Position numbers and translations under genes: made by a program | From: Bdellovibrionota bacterium | Lineage (GTDB): Bacteria; Bdellovibrionota; UBA2428 | Assembly (NCBI GenBank): GCA_964201665.1 | Contig: CAXNEW010000006.1 | Location: forward strand, 1 to 60,504 | DNA length: 60,504 nt | Direction: 5' to 3' | In this document: piece by piece, positions 27,640-37,786 of the stretch | Numbering within the stretch: position 1 is the first letter of the stretch | How the letters are laid out: each line of letters starts with the position of its first letter | The notes under the pieces: model-generated | What the model was told of the DNA's origin: nothing | The model's database searches: none | Seen by the model: only the letters and a program-made list of their open reading frames with translations

Positions 27640-28813
27640 GTGACAGACTCTACCTTACCCCAAAGCCCCAAAGAAATTCGTGAGAAATTCAAAGAACTTA
27701 GAGAGCGTTTGACGTCTCTCGGGAGGTCTCTTTGACCTTGAGGGTAAGGGCCGTCGTTTTGAAGAAATAGGGCATTCCGAGGGGGACCCCAGTTTTTGGA
27801 ATGATTCTCAAAAAGCCACTAAAATTTTAAAAGAAAAAAAACAACTCGAACTTGTTTTGGCCCCCTACAAAAAAATCTCAGGCCAAATCGACGATGCCCT
27901 AGCTCTTATAGAAATGTGCGAAGAGGTTGGGGGAATCGATTCGAGTTCACGATCCGAAATGCAGCAAAGTTTTGATCAGGGTTGGCAAGAAATTAAAAAA
28001 ATAGAATTTCAAAAAATGTTGGCGGGAGAAAACGACCCCGGCGATGCCTATCTGACCATTCATGCCGGAGCCGGCGGCACCGAAGCCTGCGACTGGGCTG
28101 GAATTTTGGCCAGACTCTACACGCGATATGCCACTCGTCAGGGTTTTAAAACCACAATCATGGATTTTACTGAAGGTGACGGCGCGGGTTACCGATCGGT
28201 GAGTTTCGAAATGCAGGGCCCCAACGCCTATGGATTTTTAAAAGCAGAAAATGGAATTCATAGACTCGTAAGAATTTCTCCTTTTGATTCAAATGCGCGA
28301 AGGCACACCAGCTTTGCAAGTGTTTTTGTTTATCCCATTCTTGATGATGATATTAATATCGTTATTCGAAGTGAAGATTTAAGAGTGGATACCTATCGCG
28401 CGGGTGGGGCAGGTGGGCAGCACGTGAATAAAACAGATTCAGCCGTGCGAATGACTCATATTCCGTCTGGAATTGTTGTTCAGTGTCAGGCCGAGCGATC
28501 CCAAATTCAAAACCGCGAGAAGGCCATGAAAATGCTTAAATCGCGTTTGTATGAAGCCGAAGTCGAAAGACGTCAGGCCGAGGCTGATAAAGTCAATGCA
28601 ACTAAAAAACGTATAGCTTGGGGATCGCAAATTCGGAACTATGTTTTGCAGCCCTACCAGTTGGTTAAAGATGTTCGCACTGGAGTTTCAACAAGTGACA
28701 CTCAAAAAGTTTTAGATGGTGACATTCAAGAATTTATTGAAACCTATCTATTGCAGGCTGCAGAGGGCACCCTTGGATCACACATCAACGCCGGCGACGA
28801 CGCCGATCTCTAA
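27640..28813 (+). CDS. prfB: Peptide chain release factor 2 with programmed +1 frameshift
   Basis: SPF and GGQ motifs; GTG 27640 ORF ends at CTT TGA C (27730-27736), preceded by an internal SD GGGAGG; +1 frame continues DLEGK..FWND. Confidence 0.96.
27721..27736 (+). other. prfB +1 frameshift cassette
   Basis: GGGAGG-TCT-CTTTGAC, the canonical RF2 autoregulatory site. Confidence 0.95.
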
Positions 28814-29940
28814 GCGGCCTTTTTGCCGGGTTCTAGGAATAACTTTACAAAAGGTTGGAATAAATTCGAATCGAATTTTTTGTTTAGGTTTTCTTTAATA
28901 AGCTTCAAAGCCGTCATGCTGTCTCGGGGGGTTGAGTAACTTCTTTTTGTTGTTAGAGCCGAAAAGGCATCTGTTAGGGCAACAATGCGCACGAGTGGAT
29001 CAAGTTTCTGAGCTTGAATTCCCTTAGGGTAACCTGTGCCTGTGAGATTTTCATGGTGGCTTTCAGCGGCAGCTAAAATGATGGGACTTAAATTTTTATG
29101 TCGGCGAATCACTTCGGCGCCATACTCGGGATGTTTTTTCATGACCGACCACTCGTCTTCATTGAGAGGTCCTTTTTTGTTAATAATTGAAGGGTCTACC
29201 ATACACTTTCCAATGTCGTGCAAAAGTCCGGCAAGGCCAATGTCAGCAAGTTGCTGGGGATCTAACTTCATAATTTTTGGAGCAAGGGCCAAGGTGTAAG
29301 CCGCTACCCCCACCGAGTGGGCATAGGTGTAGTGATCATGATTTGAAAGCTCAACTAAGTGTAAAAATGCGTGTTGATTCTGCCCAACAAAAAGAACCGC
29401 TTCTTGGGTGAAAGTTTTTGCCGCAGCAATTGTTTTTGGGTTGCCGGGATCGACAAAAAGTTGGTCAACAATTTCGACAGCGAGATCAGTCAGGATGCCC
29501 GCTTTTTCTCTCAATGTGGCCTTAGGGCTTCTTACGATGGCCGAAACTTGAGCTTCAAGTCTTTGTGAATATTTTTCGCGTTCTGTTTTGTGAATATAAA
29601 CATAGGGCAGTTGGCTTGTTTTGAGTTTGGACATTAAACGACCATCTATGTCCTGGTTTTTAGCTTTGATAACAAAAAAGGCGTCTCCGGCCCGGGTAAA
29701 AAGATCTAGATCTGTGGCAATGCCGGATGAAAGTCCTTCGATGCTTACGGGGATGTATTCCCCTTTGGGGTCTCGGTAGTCGGGGGCCTCAGCCTGCTGA
29801 ATTTCGATTGGTGAATTTTCCATTTTTTCCTCACTCCCCGACCATTTGGGATCGGCAGTTGAAATTTCCTCAAGCAAGCTTGAGGCGTCGATGAGTCCAG
29901 CGGGCTTTGGCGTGGTATTTGAATTGTCGTCGCTACCCAT
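28810..29940 (-). CDS. HD-GYP domain phosphodiesterase
   Basis: YTYAHS, LLHDIGK, HHENLTGTGYP; ATG 29940 with GGAGAGG RBS. Confidence 0.92.
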   Translation of the reverse strand: MGSDDNSNTTPKPAGLIDASSLLEEISTADPKWSGSEEKMENSPIEIQQAEAPDYRDPKGEYIPVSIEGLSSGIATDLDLFTRAGDAFFVIKAKNQDIDGRLMSKLKTSQLPYVYIHKTEREKYSQRLEAQVSAIVRSPKATLREKAGILTDLAVEIVDQLFVDPGNPKTIAAAKTFTQEAVLFVGQNQHAFLHLVELSNHDHYTYAHSVGVAAYTLALAPKIMKLDPQQLADIGLAGLLHDIGKCMVDPSIINKKGPLNEDEWSVMKKHPEYGAEVIRRHKNLSPIILAAAESHHENLTGTGYPKGIQAQKLDPLVRIVALTDAFSALTTKRSYSTPRDSMTALKLIKENLNKKFDSNLFQPFVKLFLEPGKKAA

Positions 29941-29957
29941 GGGTTCCTCTCCTTTGC

Positions 29958-29985
29958 CTATCGGTAAAAAAAAATGGAAACTGAA
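29958..29985 (-). promoter_or_regulatory. sigma28-type promoter of the HD-GYP gene
   Basis: TTCAG-N15-ACCGATAG on the minus strand. Confidence 0.55.
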
Positions 29986-30054
29986 ACCTAACATAGCCCG
30001 AGCGCAGCGCGTCATCGGCTTTTAAATTGGGCCAAGTCCCTTCAGAATGTGTTT

Positions 30055-30879
30055 ATGAACAAAAATCAGTTATTCAGCGCCTCTGCATTTTTAATTTTGT
30101 TTTCATTGCCAGCAATCGGAGCTGAGAGCTCCTTGTTTAAGGATCTTTGCCCAAATCTGTTTCAGGGGAAAACAAACCTTTGCGCTGCAGTTCAAAAAAC
30201 TTTCTTAGAAAATTCATTGGCCCCAAAAACCGAACCGGGCCTTAGGACTTTAAGCTCAACGGATCTCAAAGTTGTTCCAGCTCCTTTTGACAAAACGATG
30301 CTCGCTCGCTGGGCCGAGGACCCCAATAAAATGGTTGCCTATGGATTTTGCTATTTCACTTTCAAAAACTGGATTTCTCCGAGTGTGGGGCCAGATCAAA
30401 TGGGTTTGGCCAGTAGCGGTTTTTCCATTCTCAAGAACGAGCTTGGGGGCTACAAAGAATGGCTAAAGTCGGAACCGGGTAAGGCTTGTCAAAAAAAAGT
30501 AACCGATGAATCTAAAGAACAAGTTGTGGATTTGGAGCAATTCATGGGGCCCGCAAGGGCGATACTTTTTTTAAATCCCATTGCCTTTGTTGGAACTGCG
30601 GAATCGGCGGATAAGCTTGTTGAAGGAATGAAAACTGTTTTTGATCATGAAAGAATTCATGTCCTGCAAGGCCTTTGCCCAGAAATTGATTCGTGGAGTT
30701 TAGGGGTTTGGAAAAAGTTACCTCCTCATGAGGCTAAGGCCTATGAAAAAACCTACCCTGACTACAAATGGTCAGACCCCAAAATTGCCGGTCGAGAATC
30801 GGTAGCTTTTGCTTTTGAAGGTGATTTCCCTGCTTTCTTAAAAAAAATGGAAAAACCACTTTCTAAGTGCGCAATGTAG
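30055..30879 (+). CDS. Secreted hypothetical protein with HExxH (putative zinc metallopeptidase)
   Basis: Signal peptide; FDHERIH plus downstream RESVAF. Confidence 0.55.
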   Translation: MNKNQLFSASAFLILFSLPAIGAESSLFKDLCPNLFQGKTNLCAAVQKTFLENSLAPKTEPGLRTLSSTDLKVVPAPFDKTMLARWAEDPNKMVAYGFCYFTFKNWISPSVGPDQMGLASSGFSILKNELGGYKEWLKSEPGKACQKKVTDESKEQVVDLEQFMGPARAILFLNPIAFVGTAESADKLVEGMKTVFDHERIHVLQGLCPEIDSWSLGVWKKLPPHEAKAYEKTYPDYKWSDPKIAGRESVAFAFEGDFPAFLKKMEKPLSKCAM

Positions 30880-30927
30880 TTTCAAGACCTCGAATTTAAC
30901 GCGTCACGAAAAATTCATTCTCTAAAC

Positions 30928-30955
30928 TCAAGCCTAGCGCGACGAATGCCGAAAT
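30928..30955 (+). promoter_or_regulatory. sigma28-type promoter of fliL
   Basis: TCAAG-N15-GCCGAAAT immediately before the AGGAGG RBS. Confidence 0.7.
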
Positions 30956-30963
30956 AGGAGGGA

Positions 30964-31815
30964 ATGGGTTTAAAAGACAAACTTGCTGGTCTTCTCGGCA
31001 AAATGCCGGGTTTACCGCGGCTGGGTAATTTTTTAGGGGCTGGGAACTTAGGTCCCCTTGAAAAAGGCTTTGTAGGAATTTTACTGGGCACTTTTGTTTT
31101 AGGAATTGGGCTTTTTGGCGGGGCTGTTTTTTTTATGGTCCGTGTGGCTCCCCATCAAAATCCGTTTCAGGTCGGACAAAAAATTAATAAAGCCTTGGGT
31201 ACTCATCACATTGATGGCGACCGAGCCCCCGCACAGGAATCGGACGAGCATGGCGAAGGCGAGCATGAGAGTGAGCCTGGCGAAGGTGAGCATGAGAGTG
31301 AGCAGAATTCAGAAAGCGCAGAAGGCGATGCTCATGGCAAAAAAAAAAATGAAGTTTCAATAACCGGCCAAACTAATATTCCAAAAAAAATAAAAGATGC
31401 CCAAGATGGTGAACAAGAAGAAGGGTACGATCTTGTTGATCCCGACATCAAAGCAGAAACAGGGCTCACGACACTTTTTCAGCAAAAAGAAATTGATGTT
31501 TCAGTAAGTTTTCGAGTCGGTGAAATCGAAGAGGTTGTTTCTGGAACTAAAGTCGGCGTGGCGACGGGTGAGGCAATGGTGTACGCCGATGTTGCCCTTG
31601 AAGTTGATTCTTATGAGCTTCAACAAGAAATTAAGGCGCGCGCTACAGAGCTCCGGTCGATTATTTCGGCTTCTATGGGGACATTTGAGGCTCCGCAATT
31701 GCGTACTGTTGAAGGAAAGCTTGAATTGAAAGTTTTAATTTTAAGCGAGATGAATCGAGTTTTAAAAACGGGCAAAGTGATTGATGTTTACTTCAATCAG
31801 ATTCTTGTACGCTAA
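30964..31815 (+). CDS. fliL: FliL-family protein with acidic His-rich linker
   Basis: TM; ELRSII..LRTVEGKLELK..MNRVLKTGKVIDVYF; 27-bp tandem repeat 31251-31303 (GEGEHESE twice). Confidence 0.85.
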   Translation: MGLKDKLAGLLGKMPGLPRLGNFLGAGNLGPLEKGFVGILLGTFVLGIGLFGGAVFFMVRVAPHQNPFQVGQKINKALGTHHIDGDRAPAQESDEHGEGEHESEPGEGEHESEQNSESAEGDAHGKKKNEVSITGQTNIPKKIKDAQDGEQEEGYDLVDPDIKAETGLTTLFQQKEIDVSVSFRVGEIEEVVSGTKVGVATGEAMVYADVALEVDSYELQQEIKARATELRSIISASMGTFEAPQLRTVEGKLELKVLILSEMNRVLKTGKVIDVYFNQILVR

Positions 31816-32251
31816 ATCCACCCTGAGTCCCGTCCTTAAAGGTTCTAAGTAGAATATTTTTTTCGGCATATTTTACTGCAGCTTCGAGTGCCAATTTGCT
31901 AATTGTAGAATCGGTTAGCTCTTCAGTGGATCCGGCAGGCAATTGAGTTAAAAAAAGGTCCGTCGAGCCGACGCGTTCAACCTCGGTAAGTTTGAATTTT
32001 GAAAACAGTTTTTCCCGATCCGCTGGCGAAAGTGGAGTCTTTAGTGCCACTAAAATTTGAAGGGGCACAGATTTTGAAGGGGGCATCTCGGCGGGAGCTG
32101 TAAGACTGGCCTTTGAGACCGAAGTCTGGGGACGTTTTTTAAAGGCTCCTCCTGCAAATCCAGAACTCACGAAGGTCAGCCCCAAAGCAAGTATCCAAAT
32201 TGATCTAGATAATCTCTTTTGAAATCTTATATGAACTTTTGATTGAATCAT
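31793..32251 (-). CDS. Secreted stand-alone subtilase prodomain-like (I9/fervidolysin N-terminal-like) protein
   Basis: Signal peptide; ILVALK...LFLTQLP...AVKYAEKNILLR resembles the IVKFK...VEYAEPN prodomain pattern. Confidence 0.65.
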   Translation of the reverse strand: MIQSKVHIRFQKRLSRSIWILALGLTFVSSGFAGGAFKKRPQTSVSKASLTAPAEMPPSKSVPLQILVALKTPLSPADREKLFSKFKLTEVERVGSTDLFLTQLPAGSTEELTDSTISKLALEAAVKYAEKNILLRTFKDGTQGGFSVQESD

Positions 32252-32348
32252 TTTATGTCATTCTATCCGATTTTGGCATTCTGAAAACCCTGCCAGTGTG
32301 GTTTGAGAACAGGTTGACCCCCCGAAGCGCCAATGCGAGATTCCACTA

Positions 32349-33779
32349 ATGGAAAGTTTTTGGAGAGGCGTTGATCGGCTTTGGCTCCAGTTGGCATCAG
32401 TCAAGCTAACCTTGGTCGTTTTAGTTTCGTTGTTACTTTTGTCAATTCCAGGGACTCTAATTTTGCAGGTAAATATTTCTAATGTGGATCCGGGAATGCA
32501 GTATGACTACGACTTTTGGAAGCTCGGTAAAACCCTTCAGCTTTTTACCGCCTACCATTCGAGCTGGTACGTGGGTTTAATGGTTTTGTTAAGTTTAAAT
32601 CTGATTGCTTGCTCGGTTGAGCGTTGGCCTCAGATGTGGAAGCTGGCCTCAGCCAAACCTGTAGCATGGGCACGTGCCACATTCGAAAATCAACCCAAAA
32701 ACTTTCAATTGGAATGGAAGGAAAACTTAACCAAAGAAGCGGCCCTTAAAACCTACTTGGATCGAGTTAAATTAGGCGGTGGAAATCCTAAAGTCGTTGA
32801 AGACGGCCCCGAAAATTTTCAAATTTTTTTTCAAAAGGGTCAGTGGTCGCGCATTGCCAACTACTTGGTTCACACTTCTCTCTTGGTTATTTTTGGTGGA
32901 GCCATTATTTCAGCTCTCTACGGTTTTGAGGGTGCTGCAAATATTCCAGCTGGAGCCGCTGTAGATACGTTCTTGATTTTTTCAGAGGGGCGAATGTCAG
33001 GGCTAAAACCCGCGCCTGGCGGATTGGTAAACGAAAAGCTTTTAGGATTTAGACTTCAGGCTGAAGAGTTTAAGGTTGATTTTTACGAAAAATTTCCAGG
33101 GCGACCCAAGGACTTTGTTTCTAAATTAAATGTTATTCGAAATAGTAAAGTTTTAGCTTCAGACACCATTCGAGTGAATGATCCTATGTCCTTTGAGAAA
33201 TATGTTTTCTACCAGGCGAGTTATGGGCGTCTGGGAGATTTTGATGTGAAGTTCAGGTATTTGCCGAAGGACCAAATAGGCTATGAGCCCAAGTTTGGGC
33301 GCGGGCAACTCGGTGAAACTTTAAATTTTGATCATAAAGGGCGCCAAGCAACAACTTTGGTTGCTGTCTCTGCTCAGTTGCAAATCCAGAATTTGGGGCC
33401 CGGGGTTTTGTTTCAAGAACTCGTCGATGGCAAGGCCTCAGGTAAACCCTTTTGGGTTTTGCAGAATTATCCCGAGTTTGATTTTGCCCGAGAATCCCAT
33501 TTTGGAATTATCGTTGATGACGTGAAGGAATTGCTGTTTACCGGCCTTCAAATTGGATACGACCCCGGCGCACCTATTTATTGGTTGGGTTGTTTTGGAA
33601 TGCTGCTTGGGACTTTCTATGCTTTGTTTGTGACTCATCGAAAGTTTCAGCTTCGATACGACAGAGGTCAGGTGAATTTTGCAGGCACGATTCATCGGAT
33701 GCCCTCAGGTTTTGAAAATCAGGTCAAAGTTTGGGCCCACAAAATTAGGGGTCGAAAGGAAGAACATGGACAGTCTTGA
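32349..33779 (+). CDS. resB: Cytochrome c biogenesis protein ResB/CcsB (system II)
   Basis: LASVKLT, YHSSWY..LNLIACS, YLVH, IRVNDPM..FYQASYG, TGLQIGYDPG. Confidence 0.92.
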   Translation: MESFWRGVDRLWLQLASVKLTLVVLVSLLLLSIPGTLILQVNISNVDPGMQYDYDFWKLGKTLQLFTAYHSSWYVGLMVLLSLNLIACSVERWPQMWKLASAKPVAWARATFENQPKNFQLEWKENLTKEAALKTYLDRVKLGGGNPKVVEDGPENFQIFFQKGQWSRIANYLVHTSLLVIFGGAIISALYGFEGAANIPAGAAVDTFLIFSEGRMSGLKPAPGGLVNEKLLGFRLQAEEFKVDFYEKFPGRPKDFVSKLNVIRNSKVLASDTIRVNDPMSFEKYVFYQASYGRLGDFDVKFRYLPKDQIGYEPKFGRGQLGETLNFDHKGRQATTLVAVSAQLQIQNLGPGVLFQELVDGKASGKPFWVLQNYPEFDFARESHFGIIVDDVKELLFTGLQIGYDPGAPIYWLGCFGMLLGTFYALFVTHRKFQLRYDRGQVNFAGTIHRMPSGFENQVKVWAHKIRGRKEEHGQS

Positions 33780-35145
33780 AGCGAGGGTTACTTTTTTTGG
33801 TTTTGAGTTTTTAGAAAAAACACTTACCGTCACCCCTTTGAATATTGCCGCTTTTGTTTATTTGGCTGCCGTTTTAGTTTTTTTTGTTGGGATAGCAAGA
33901 TCGGGTTTAAAGGCCCAACAATCGCGAGCTTCCAGTCTTGCTCAGGTTTTGGTTGTGGCGGGTTTTGTTTTACACACTGTAGGTTTAGCTGGAAGATGGT
34001 ACGTAGGGGGTTTTGATCGTCCACCCTGGACCAATCTTTATGAATCGTTGGTGGCCTTTGCTTGGATGCTTGCAGGGTTTCAAATTTACTCTCAAAGAAA
34101 TTGGAAAATTCCACTCGTTGGAGCCTTTTCAACACCTCTTATTTTTTTATTGATGGGCATGAGCGTAATGACTCCAAACAAATCGCTCGAGCCTTTGATT
34201 CCGGCCCTGCAAAGTAACTGGCTAAAAATTCATGTGGTTTTTGGAATGATTTCCTATGCTGGGTTCACGATGGCGGCCTGCTTTGGATTTTTGCATTTGA
34301 TACGTTCACGAGCCTCTCTGTCTTTTTTGGGGGGCGGGCTGTGCCTGATGACGGTTTTGAATTTAGGAATTTCAGGCGGCCGTGAGTTTTTGGAGACGGG
34401 CAAGTTTTTTATGGCCAGTACTGTGGAGCGCGAGGTTGCGCCCGGGCAAATGACCTGGGTCAAAGACACCTATCGCGAATATCCCGATGGTCCCGTTATC
34501 ACTCGCATGCAAGAAGTTCCCAATGCCCATCCGGTTTTTTGGGCTGCACTTCTTGTGTTCGCACTTGCTGCGATTTTGATGTTCTGGAATCGAGTGCCTC
34601 ATCCTGGAATGAAAGGTTACGATATCAGTAGGCGCTCGCTGATTTTGTTTGTTTCAGGACTCGTGCTGCTTTTGGTTTTCTTTGGAGTTGTGGGCTACGA
34701 CATGTGGCAGGATCCTCATTTGCGAATGTCTTCGAATCCCTATCTGACAATGCTTTTGTTTATGACTTTGATCATTTGTTCGATGTTTGTAGTGATTTCT
34801 GCTCGGTACGAAAAATTTCTAACCTCTCTGCCCAGCGCCGATAGACTTGATGAATTAAGTTATAAAAATATTTTGTTTGCCTTTCCATTTCAGGCTCTAC
34901 TGTTGATCACCGGTGCCGTTTGGGCCTATTCGGCCTGGGGCAGGAGTTGGGGGTGGGATCCAAAAGAAACCTGGGCACTGATTACGTGGTTTGCATATTT
35001 AATTTATCTACATGGAAAGCTTTTACTTCGTTGGAAACCTCAATTACTTTCAGTTGTTTCGCTCATAGGTTTTGTAATTATGGTGTTTGCATTTTTAGGT
35101 GTGAATTTAGTTTTGAGCGGCCTTCACAGTTACGGCGCTGCCTAA
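33766..35145 (+). CDS. ccsA: Cytochrome c biogenesis protein CcsA/ResC
   Basis: LIPALQSNWLKIHV, WAYSAWGRSWGWDPKETW (WWD motif), SGLHSY. Confidence 0.95.
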   Translation: MDSLEARVTFFGFEFLEKTLTVTPLNIAAFVYLAAVLVFFVGIARSGLKAQQSRASSLAQVLVVAGFVLHTVGLAGRWYVGGFDRPPWTNLYESLVAFAWMLAGFQIYSQRNWKIPLVGAFSTPLIFLLMGMSVMTPNKSLEPLIPALQSNWLKIHVVFGMISYAGFTMAACFGFLHLIRSRASLSFLGGGLCLMTVLNLGISGGREFLETGKFFMASTVEREVAPGQMTWVKDTYREYPDGPVITRMQEVPNAHPVFWAALLVFALAAILMFWNRVPHPGMKGYDISRRSLILFVSGLVLLLVFFGVVGYDMWQDPHLRMSSNPYLTMLLFMTLIICSMFVVISARYEKFLTSLPSADRLDELSYKNILFAFPFQALLLITGAVWAYSAWGRSWGWDPKETWALITWFAYLIYLHGKLLLRWKPQLLSVVSLIGFVIMVFAFLGVNLVLSGLHSYGAA

Positions 35146-35148
35146 CAA

Positions 35149-35766
35149 ATGGGATTTGCTCATAAAATAAATCTTCTTTTTACCGCGTGGAATCCAAGCG
35201 AAATTCTGCCGCAAAAAGATCCGGCTTGGATTGTTTTGGGGCGTTCAAATGTTGGAAAAAGTTCGCTTCTAAATGCCTTAACTCATCCGACCCAGGTTTT
35301 TAAAGTTGGCGCTAGACCCGGCCTAACTCAAGGAATCATCTGCGCCGAAATTTGGTTGGGCACATCAGAAAAATCAAAATTCGAACTTTTAGACACCCCG
35401 GGCTTTGGGTTTACCAAAAAACCTGCTGCTGGCGATCGCTGGGTTGAACTTCTCACTGAATTAAAGAATCGTGGCCCAAAGGAACAACGTCGGTGGCTTT
35501 GGCTGGTTCATGCCGATCGAGATCCTGATGAAATGGATTTTCAGCTTGCCGATTGGTTGCAAGGAGAAGACTTTCATTTGCTGCTCACTAAGGCCGATAG
35601 GTTTAAAACAAAAGAGCGTGAGTCCCTAATGCTTGGGTGGCTAAAGAAATTTAGGGGACTCCAGCCAGATAAGGTGCTTTGGGTTTCGGGTAAATCCGGT
35701 GAGGGGACTGATGTGCTTGGAAAGCTTGCTAAGCAGTTTGTAAAGGCCTGCAGAGAAGGCGCCTAG
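35149..35766 (+). CDS. engB: Ribosome biogenesis GTPase EngB/YihA/YsxC
   Basis: GRSNVGKSS, PGLT, DTPGFG, TKAD. Confidence 0.88.
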   Translation: MGFAHKINLLFTAWNPSEILPQKDPAWIVLGRSNVGKSSLLNALTHPTQVFKVGARPGLTQGIICAEIWLGTSEKSKFELLDTPGFGFTKKPAAGDRWVELLTELKNRGPKEQRRWLWLVHADRDPDEMDFQLADWLQGEDFHLLLTKADRFKTKERESLMLGWLKKFRGLQPDKVLWVSGKSGEGTDVLGKLAKQFVKACREGA

Positions 35767-35784
35767 AGTTTGTGTTAAACTATA

Positions 35785-36315
35785 ATGGCGATGTCGCTTT
35801 TAAACTCCATGATGGTTTTGGCTCTGGTTGGCGGTAGGTCCATCAACGACAGGGACCTTCATATTTCGCGCGGGCTCGAAAGTGTTGCAGTTATTGAGAA
35901 TAGCCTGCTCACGGGTTTTGCTGCGCCCACTCCACGAGAATCCGAAGTGGCCCTTCAGAAATACATTACCGAGATTTTAGTGTTTGAGGAGTCTCGAGTT
36001 TTGGGGGCACAGAGTGTAACCGGGCCGGTTCTTGAGAGTGAAATGACAAAACGAAAAACCGGGCTTGGTTCTAAAAAGTGGAATCAATGGTTGGTCTCGC
36101 TGGATGCGACTGAAGCCGAAATTCGTCGGCGTTTGGAGCAAAAATTGATTGTAGAAAAAATTATTGAAGAGCGAGTTAAGGTAGCCTCGCAGAGAGAAAA
36201 AGATCCCAACCTAGCCATGCAAGAGGCACAAAAAAGTTTGAAAGATTGGTTGGATCAGTTGCGCTCTCGGTACCGAGTGCGGAGGCTTGCGCCCCCCCGT
36301 TTTGGTGACTCCTAG
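35785..36315 (+). CDS. SurA N-terminal-like chaperone-domain protein
   Basis: LALVGGRSINDRDL..LKDWLDQLRSRYRVR. Confidence 0.5.
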   Translation: MAMSLLNSMMVLALVGGRSINDRDLHISRGLESVAVIENSLLTGFAAPTPRESEVALQKYITEILVFEESRVLGAQSVTGPVLESEMTKRKTGLGSKKWNQWLVSLDATEAEIRRRLEQKLIVEKIIEERVKVASQREKDPNLAMQEAQKSLKDWLDQLRSRYRVRRLAPPRFGDS

Positions 36316-36323
36316 GCTGTTAA

Positions 36324-36767
36324 ATGAGTTTAGAAGTTAGTGCTGAACTTCTGCTTAGGCTTCAAGGGGACCACCTGGAAGCGGTTCAAAATCCCTGGTC
36401 ACTCAGTGAATTTCAAAAAACCTTAGCCCAGCCCCAGTCCCGAATTTTTTTCTGGCCCCATAAAAAAAAGCCCGAGGGTTTTATTCTTTGTTTTGAAAAT
36501 TTTAAAGACGCACACAATCTCGAAATTGAAATCTTGCACCTTGCGGTTGAAGTCAAAAATCAAGGAAATGGATTTCGAATGTTTGAAAAATTTTTAGCCG
36601 ATACAAAAACCCAGGCTAAAGAAACTGTTGTTTTTTTAGATGTAAACCCAAAAAATTTGAGCGCCCTCAAACTCTACAAAAAGTTAGGTTTTTTGCAGGT
36701 CGGCGTTCGCCAAAAGTATTACAAAACGGGCGACGACGCATGGCTAATGAAATTCTTAGTTAAGTGA
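36324..36767 (+). CDS. rimI: RimI-like GNAT acetyltransferase
   Basis: NPWS, EILHLAV..QGNG, FLDVNPKNLSALKLYKKLGF..RQKYY..DDAWLM. Confidence 0.88.
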   Translation: MSLEVSAELLLRLQGDHLEAVQNPWSLSEFQKTLAQPQSRIFFWPHKKKPEGFILCFENFKDAHNLEIEILHLAVEVKNQGNGFRMFEKFLADTKTQAKETVVFLDVNPKNLSALKLYKKLGFLQVGVRQKYYKTGDDAWLMKFLVK

Positions 36768-36931
36768 ATAATCCTAGTTGAATCCAGTACCAAGGAGGAC
36801 CCCTCAAATGAATAAATAGGGTTCGTTTGTGGGGGGGGCGAGATACATGGGTTGTGTTTGCTCAATCTCACTCTACACTATGTTGAGTTTTTCTTGACTC
36901 ACTAAGCATTGAACGGGCAGGTTCCGCCTCC

Positions 36932-37786
36932 ATGAATACAGACACCGACAATGCCGATTACCGGCAGCGGCTTAAACTTGAGCTTGAGCAACGCTTGAGT
37001 CTAAATCCCCGGTACTCACTTCGGGCCTTTGCGCGCGATTTGGGTATTTCTCCCTCCCGTTTGTCACATGTGCTTAAAGGCAAATTTGGTCTTTCGGAAT
37101 CAGCTGGTGAAGGAATTGCAGCCAAGCTTGGCTTGAATGCAACCGAAACGGGCGCGTTTGTGAACAGTATTTCTGCCCAACACGGTCGATCGGGTATTCG
37201 TCGGGAAACAGCGCGCAGACGGCTCGAATCATTGCGAAAAGAAATCACCGAACTGACAGCTGATTCCTTTATGCTTATTTCTTAGTGGTATCATCTTGCT
37301 TTGCTGGAGCATTTCTCTGGCAGCCAAGCCACTGCAGATCGTTCTGAACTTGCCTTTCAGTTTCAGGTGAGTACCCTGCAGATTTCTGCGGCTCTAGAAC
37401 GTATGTGTCGATTGGGAATTCTTGAAAAGAAAAAGGAAACCTTTAAACCGACGGGATCCTTTTACGTTAATCCCCTAGGCACGCCTTCGGAAGCCGTTCG
37501 AAATTTTCATAAACAAATTCTGCAGAAGGCTCTCCTTTCGCTTTCTCAAACAAGTGTTGAAGCTCGCGACATGGGCGCTGTGATTCTTAACTTCGATCCC
37601 GCCCAAATGCCAAAGGCAAGAAAAGTGATTAAAGATTTTCGAATTCAATTTGAAAATTCATTTAATGCGAGTTCGGAAAAAACAAAAAGTGTTTATGTTC
37701 TTTCGACAAATCTTTTTGCTCTAAGTCAGCCCCCGGTACCCAAAAAAGCCCTTTCCCCAAGCACCCCTAAAAGGAAAAATATATGA
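36932..37786 (+). pseudogene. TIGR02147/DUF4423-like HTH protein interrupted by an in-frame TAG (37283-37285)
   Basis: NPRYSLRAFARDLGISPSRLS; ..LIS*WYHLALLE..; AVRNFHKQIL..VYVLSTNLFAL; both ORFs are in the same frame. Confidence 0.8.

Noticed and set aside
27640-27857. prfB as a truncated or pseudogene ORF
   Set aside because: The canonical programmed +1 frameshift explains it; this is well known and not novel.
31251-31303. 27-bp tandem repeat in fliL as a mobile or regulatory element
   Set aside because: It is an in-frame low-complexity linker duplication, ordinary for FliL.
19576-37285. Genome-wide TAG reassignment suggested by two in-frame TAGs
   Set aside because: Conserved genes such as rpsN and hppA end in TAG at their expected C-termini.
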